Below, in pieces: positions 51,428-55,212 of a stretch of DNA of 55,212 nt. The position numbers were made by a program, and so were the translations under genes. Under the pieces are notes generated by a model. That model worked only from the letters and a program-made list of their open reading frames with translations. It had not been told where the DNA came from and made no database searches. Each line of letters opens with the position of its first letter. Positions within the stretch are counted from its first letter, which is position 1. Source of the stretch: a virus; IMG/VR virus record IMGVR_UViG_3300046507_000356, positions 1-55,212 of that record. One strand, 5' to 3'.

Positions 51428-52624
51428 ATGACTAAGCAGAACATCATCGACCCGAAGCTGCTCGAGTTCGATCCAACGCCGCGCCAGATCGAATACGTCA
51501 ACGCAACGAATCGCTTGGGTAGCATGCGGGCGGCAGCGCGTGACCTGGGCGTAGCGAAAAGCTCGGTGCAAGAGGTGATCGCGCGCCTCAAGAATTCCGC
51601 CGCCGCGCGTGGGTACGCGCCTGGGCACTTCGAAAGCGGCGTGGCCCCGGGCTTCAGCATGGGCAAGGTCACCGTGCAGCGCGGGCCCGCCGGCGAGGTC
51701 GAGCGCACCTGGGAGCGCCAAAGTCCCGATCAGGATCGGCAGCAGGAGTTCATGCGCGCCGCGGCGGCGGCGATGTCCGAGGTGCTCCCCCGCGCCAAGC
51801 CAGTGAAGGGTCCGGCGGTCACCGACGCCAAGTTGGCCAGCGTGTACACCCTGACGGACGCACACGTAGGTGCAATGTGCTGGCACCGCGAGAATCTTGA
51901 CCCGAATGGGGATTGGGATCTGGCGATCGCTGAGCGCACGCTATCCGGATGCTTCGAGCACATGGTGAGAGCGAGCCCGCCGGCGCGTGTCGGCATCGTG
52001 GCGCAAATCGGTGATTTCTTGCACAGTGATGGCATGGGCATGATCGAGGGCAGAACGCCCACCTCGGGTCACGTTTTGGACCAGGACGGGCGATTCTCGA
52101 AAGTGGTCCAGACCGCAATCCGGATCCTGCGCCGCGTGGTGGGCTTTGCGCTGCAGAAGCACGAGCACGTTGTCGTCCTGATGGGCGAGGGCAACCACGA
52201 CCTCGCAAGCTCGGTCTGGCTGCGCGCGATGTTCAAGGCGCTGTACGAGAATGAGCCGCGCGTCGAAGTAATTGATTCGGAGTTGCCGTACTACGTCTAC
52301 CAGCACGGCCAGACTATGCTCGCGTGGCACCATGGGCACCTGAAGAAGAACGACCAGCTGCCGCTGCTGTTTGCAGCGCAGTTCCCGAAGGTCTGGGGCG
52401 CGACGACCAGGCGCTATGCGCATACCGGTCATCGGCATCACTTTGAAGAGAAAGAGCACTCTGGCATGTCGGTAGTGCAGCACTCGACCCTGGCGGCCCG
52501 GGATGCGTACGCGGCCCGCGGTGGATGGATGAGCGAGCGACAGTGCACGGCGATCACCTATCATGCCGACTTTGGTCAGGTCTGCCGCAATACGGTCACG
52601 CCGGAGATGTTGCAGGCCGCATAG
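51428..52624 (+). CDS. HTH domain fused to a calcineurin-like metallophosphoesterase (398 aa)
   Basis: N-terminus MRAAARDLGVAKSSVQEVIARL; motifs TDAHVG, IGDFLHSDG, GEGNHD, HHGH, GHRHH; GAAAGG RBS. Confidence 0.75.
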   Translation: MTKQNIIDPKLLEFDPTPRQIEYVNATNRLGSMRAAARDLGVAKSSVQEVIARLKNSAAARGYAPGHFESGVAPGFSMGKVTVQRGPAGEVERTWERQSPDQDRQQEFMRAAAAAMSEVLPRAKPVKGPAVTDAKLASVYTLTDAHVGAMCWHRENLDPNGDWDLAIAERTLSGCFEHMVRASPPARVGIVAQIGDFLHSDGMGMIEGRTPTSGHVLDQDGRFSKVVQTAIRILRRVVGFALQKHEHVVVLMGEGNHDLASSVWLRAMFKALYENEPRVEVIDSELPYYVYQHGQTMLAWHHGHLKKNDQLPLLFAAQFPKVWGATTRRYAHTGHRHHFEEKEHSGMSVVQHSTLAARDAYAARGGWMSERQCTAITYHADFGQVCRNTVTPEMLQAA

Positions 52625-52627
52625 CCG

Positions 52628-52864
52628 GTGATCTACGAACTACCGCGGAGCGCGCCTTGTGCGTGCGAAAAAATAAGCCGGCTTACGCGCGCCATCAATG
52701 AGGCCGGTATCGCCACGAGTGACGCCAGGTGGCTGAAATTCTGGCTTGCCGATGCGCTTATCGAAATGGGCCAAGGGATACCCCTTCCAGATCGGATGCC
52801 ATGCGGCCAGATTGACGCCATCATCAACGTCCAACTCTTCACGACGACCGCAAACCCTGCATGA
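52628..52864 (+). CDS. Doubtful small ORF (78 aa, GTG start); the competing minus-strand ORF 52640..52981 cannot be excluded
   Basis: Only the ORF track and a rough third-position GC impression. Confidence 0.25.
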   Translation: MIYELPRSAPCACEKISRLTRAINEAGIATSDARWLKFWLADALIEMGQGIPLPDRMPCGQIDAIINVQLFTTTANPA

Positions 52865-53012
52865 CCTGATATTCGAATCAAGCGGCCGATTCCATTCGTG
52901 CACAACGAAGAGCGAGCGTAAGAAATTGAGCACAGGATAGCCCTGATGAGGTTTCGCAAACGAATAGTAGAAAGATATCAATTCTTTTGCAAAAAAGAAA
53001 GCTTTCTTGCGC

Positions 53013-53207
53013 TCAGTTTTCCGTCGTGCGAATCTCCAGTGCGATCTGCCGCCTAAACATTGGCAATGCCATCACCCGCGCGGCGACCTCTACCGGCACT
53101 TGGCTTGCGGCGAGAGTGCAGGACGCCTCAAGCCACCCGATGAGCGGCAAGAGGATTAGGGTAGCGTCGACCTTGGCGGCCGTGATGGGGTCCGTGCGTT
53201 CGATCAT
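53013..53207 (-). CDS. Doubtful small ORF (64 aa) divergent from the SOS-box gene
   Basis: TATTAT hexamer 6 nt upstream of the ATG, no SD. Confidence 0.3.
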   Translation of the reverse strand: MIERTDPITAAKVDATLILLPLIGWLEASCTLAASQVPVEVAARVMALPMFRRQIALEIRTTEN

Positions 53208-53235
53208 GGGCGCATAATACGGATCGCGCCGCGAG

Positions 53236-53265
53236 TTGCTGTTGAGCCCACGCAGGCTCTATACT
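53236..53265 (+). promoter_or_regulatory. Promoter TTGCTG-18-TATACT
   Basis: Same -10/LexA-box fusion as at 11008-11029. Confidence 0.5.
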
Positions 53266-53281
53266 GTACAAATGTACAGTA
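53262..53281. promoter_or_regulatory. LexA (SOS) box TACTGTACAAATGTACAGTA
   Basis: CTGT-N8-ACAG (53264-53279), near-perfect 20-bp palindrome that contains the ATG at 53272. Confidence 0.8.
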
Positions 53282-53562
53282 TCGTTAAAAGGCTGCGCGA
53301 GCGCGGCCGTCGCCTTCATAACCGCGAGATATCCGCGTTGCCCGGAGTGCGCGGAGAGATGGTTGTGGCGATATGCGGATTCGCACCGGAGGCGAAGATT
53401 TACGAGCCCAACGACCAGCAGCGGAGGCCGCTCATCCCCGAACTGCAAAACGTCCAGCTGCTCACGATGACGGCGACAGGTATGCTGCTGTATGGAACAG
53501 AGTGCGCGCAGGACGGCGCCGAATATGTTCAGGAATGGTCAGTTCGGATACTCCAGGAGTAG
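53272..53562 (+). CDS. LexA-box-controlled small protein (96 aa), candidate SOS-induced antirepressor
   Basis: ATG 6 nt after the -10 hexamer (possibly leaderless); alternative internal start at 53359. Confidence 0.5.
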   Translation: MYSIVKRLRERGRRLHNREISALPGVRGEMVVAICGFAPEAKIYEPNDQQRRPLIPELQNVQLLTMTATGMLLYGTECAQDGAEYVQEWSVRILQE

Positions 53563-53697
53563 CCAAATCCGTACTATTGGGAAAACCTATCGACCATGCA
53601 ATCAATGACTTACGAGCGCGATCCGTAAATTCAATAGTACAGTTCGCATTGCGTAAGCCATTGATGAAAAAGCAAAAAAGAGAGGTGGAGCACCTGC

Positions 53698-53742
53698 CTT
53701 CTAAGCTGAGGGTCGCTGGTTCGAACCCAGCTGGGCAGGCCA
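53698..53742 (+). other. attP core: 3' half of a tRNA-Arg(UCU)-like gene (anticodon loop to CCA)
   Basis: CTTCTAA loop, GCTGA, GGGTC, T arm GCTGG-TTCGAAC-CCAGC, acceptor TGGGCAG-G-CCA; no matching 5' half upstream; adjacent to int. Confidence 0.7.
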
Positions 53743-53813
53743 CCTGGCCTAGGTTTCGGCGATAGCAACCACTTCAAATTTTGCTACTCACGGGGCGTTT
53801 TGCTACGCGCTAT

Positions 53814-54866
53814 TTACCGAAGAGGCTTTACTTTCTCAGGCTTACGTCGGTAGACCCGATCCGTGATCTTGGAATCGGCGTGAGCGAGCAGCCTCTGTGC
53901 ATGTTCCAAAGTCTCCGCATCGCTAGCCGACTTGGCGCGGATATCATGCTCGGTGAACCGCTCCTTGACTGCCGTTTCCTTTAGCACGCGATCCATGAAC
54001 CGCTGCCACATGGAATTCCAGCCGCTGGCGGTATCTTTCGCATCGTCGAAGTAGCACTCTCCACGCCGATTGCAGAACAGGTACTTGCCGATGTCGATCG
54101 GACGAGCCTCCTTTGCCATCTTGACCGCAGCCTCCAGGGCAGGGGACCACTCGATGATGATCCTCTTGCCGGTCGTGTGCGCCGTCTTGCGCGGTAGGAC
54201 GTGTATGCCGTCCTCTCGTAATGCGTCCATCGTCAAGCGCAGCAAGTCGCCGCGGCGCAGGCCGGTCAACAGCTTCATGCGGATATACGCCTGAATCATC
54301 AGAACGCTGCCGGCCTTGCGCTTTGATTCGAGTTTCAGACATTCCTCCAGCTCCCAATCTTCGATGTACCGGGTGCGCGGCGGCTCGCCCTGCAGCCTGA
54401 CCTCTCCCTTGAACGGGTGGCGATCGATCAATCCCCACTCAACCGCCTTTGTGTAGACATGGGAGAAAACGCGGATCTCACGTCGGCCTTGCGTTCTCGA
54501 CACGGACTTTGCCGCGTACTGGTAAATTAGCTGCGGGCGAATGGCCGATATCGACAGGCCTCCGAAAACCGCGCGAAGACGCAAGATGGCTCGTCGATGC
54601 TCGACTTGCGTAAGCGGCGCCTTGCCCGGGATTACCTCGCGCCCGTAACGGTCCAGGAGATCGCCTATCGTCCTGGCGTCGCCGAACGATCCGATGCGAT
54701 CGGCCCAGACCTTGTAGGCCTCATCTAGCGTATCCCCGAGACGGAATGTAGTCTTGCCGTCCCAGCTTGCCTTTTGGTCCTGCGGCACTTGGTAGTAGTA
54801 CACGCCACGGACAATCCGCCACCGAGGCGGAAGGCCGGCCAACTCATCGCTTCTTGCCTTGCCCAT
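53814..54866 (-). CDS. int: Tyrosine integrase
   Basis: LTGLRRGDLL (Arg), HDIRAK (H-x-x-R), LLAHADSKITDRVY (His/Tyr). Confidence 0.9.
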   Translation of the reverse strand: MGKARSDELAGLPPRWRIVRGVYYYQVPQDQKASWDGKTTFRLGDTLDEAYKVWADRIGSFGDARTIGDLLDRYGREVIPGKAPLTQVEHRRAILRLRAVFGGLSISAIRPQLIYQYAAKSVSRTQGRREIRVFSHVYTKAVEWGLIDRHPFKGEVRLQGEPPRTRYIEDWELEECLKLESKRKAGSVLMIQAYIRMKLLTGLRRGDLLRLTMDALREDGIHVLPRKTAHTTGKRIIIEWSPALEAAVKMAKEARPIDIGKYLFCNRRGECYFDDAKDTASGWNSMWQRFMDRVLKETAVKERFTEHDIRAKSASDAETLEHAQRLLAHADSKITDRVYRRKPEKVKPLR

Positions 54867-55083
54867 TCAATGCACCCCAGTTTGGTTCAGGTTCTTTCTT
54901 CGCCGGCGCGGCGACATGGCCGCCCAGCAGCTTCTCGACGTGGGACCGCAGTACGACCAGCGTGCCGTTCGGCCGGACCTTGTGTGCGACTCCCAGCGCA
55001 TTAAGGATCTTGCGCTGCGTCGAGTGACGCTTTTTCTCAGTCAGCTGTGCGATTTCTTCATCGCTCAAGAATACGGCTGCCAT
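54844..55083 (-). CDS. DUF4224-type excisionase-like small DNA-binding protein
   Basis: FLSDEEIAQLTEKKRHSTQRKILNALGV... pattern; overlaps the int start. Confidence 0.7.
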   Translation of the reverse strand: MAAVFLSDEEIAQLTEKKRHSTQRKILNALGVAHKVRPNGTLVVLRSHVEKLLGGHVAAPAKKEPEPNWGALNGQGKKR

Positions 55084-55084
55084 C

Positions 55085-55212
55085 TCAATCTCCCTTCACT
55101 TCATCCAGAACCGAGCACCGCGGTAGTACTACGACGCTCTGGATCCGATCTACTTCCACCTCGCCCAGGCCCGCGATCTCGGCCGATCGCACTATGGCTT
55201 CCATCGACCTGG
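55085..55212 (-). CDS. 3' end (duplicate copy) of the junction-spanning gene listed at 1..239
   Basis: Stop TGA at 55087-55085, 1 nt before the ATG of the DUF4224-like gene. Confidence 0.55.
   Translation of the reverse strand, partial: RSMEAIVRSAEIAGLGEVEVDRIQSVVVLPRCSVLDEVKGD
55086..55212. repeat. Terminal overlap copy 2 (identical to 1..127)
   Basis: Direct comparison; the length fits a k-mer-sized circular-assembly overlap (inference). Confidence 0.95.

Noticed and set aside
52640-52981. 113-aa minus-strand ORF (TTG start) with a CRVCGRRE motif
   Set aside because: It is not fully rejected. It competes with plus-strand ORF 52628..52864 and has no ATG and no RBS. I cannot decide between them without homology searches, so neither is called with confidence.
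53681-53745. Possible complete tRNA gene near the integrase
   Set aside because: Only the 3' half folds. No acceptor 5' strand (CTGCCCA) or D arm is present upstream. It is interpreted as the attP core.

Overview
The window is a complete, circularly closed temperate phage genome. Bases 1-127 are identical to 55086-55212, so the unit length is 55,085 bp. It is high-GC; a Burkholderia-like betaproteobacterial host is only an inference.

Layout:
- Leftward early operon (8029 down to 1, continuing across the junction). It holds many ATGA-coupled small genes, rdgC, an Ea22-like/Lar-like fusion protein, a DUF4224 excisionase-like gene, a tyrosine integrase and an attP that carries a tRNA 3' half.
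- Accessory island (8.1-10.1 kb). It contains about 430 nt of apparently non-coding, hairpin-rich sequence.
- Unusually complex immunity region (10.2-13.3 kb). It encodes an HTH-S24 repressor, an Arc-like protein, an XRE-type repressor, a Cro-like protein and a CII-like protein. A shared 14-bp operator sits at the PL-like and PR-like promoters. Two canonical LexA boxes are each fused to a TATACT -10 element.
- Rightward early operon (13.3-24.2 kb). It includes a 687-aa C5-cytosine methyltransferase with nine tandem P-x-x-T-[ILV]-[TSVC] modules, a Ref-like nuclease, a Rha/KilAC protein, a Gp49-like protein and a RuvC-like resolvase.
- Low-GC moron (24.2-25.8 kb). It carries a membrane protein and a HigB/HigA-type toxin-antitoxin cassette bracketed by perfect 15-bp inverted repeats.
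- Late control and late genes. A lambda-Q-like zinc-finger gene is followed by a promoter, a leader, a terminator and tRNA-Gly(UCC). The late operon carries an HNH endonuclease, TerS, TerL, an HK97-type portal, protease and capsid, and a three-gene insertion (an FN3/lectin-like protein and an SGNH hydrolase among them). It continues with connectors, the major tail protein, G/GT chaperones with a GGGAAAC -1 frameshift, a 1641-aa tape measure protein, a two-gene tail tip and a SAR-endolysin lysis cassette with an embedded o-spanin.
- Cargo region next to attP. It holds an HTH-metallophosphoesterase and the second LexA-controlled gene.

No rRNA, CRISPR array, transposase or reverse transcriptase was seen. 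All functional calls come from motif recognition by eye. No database search was run.
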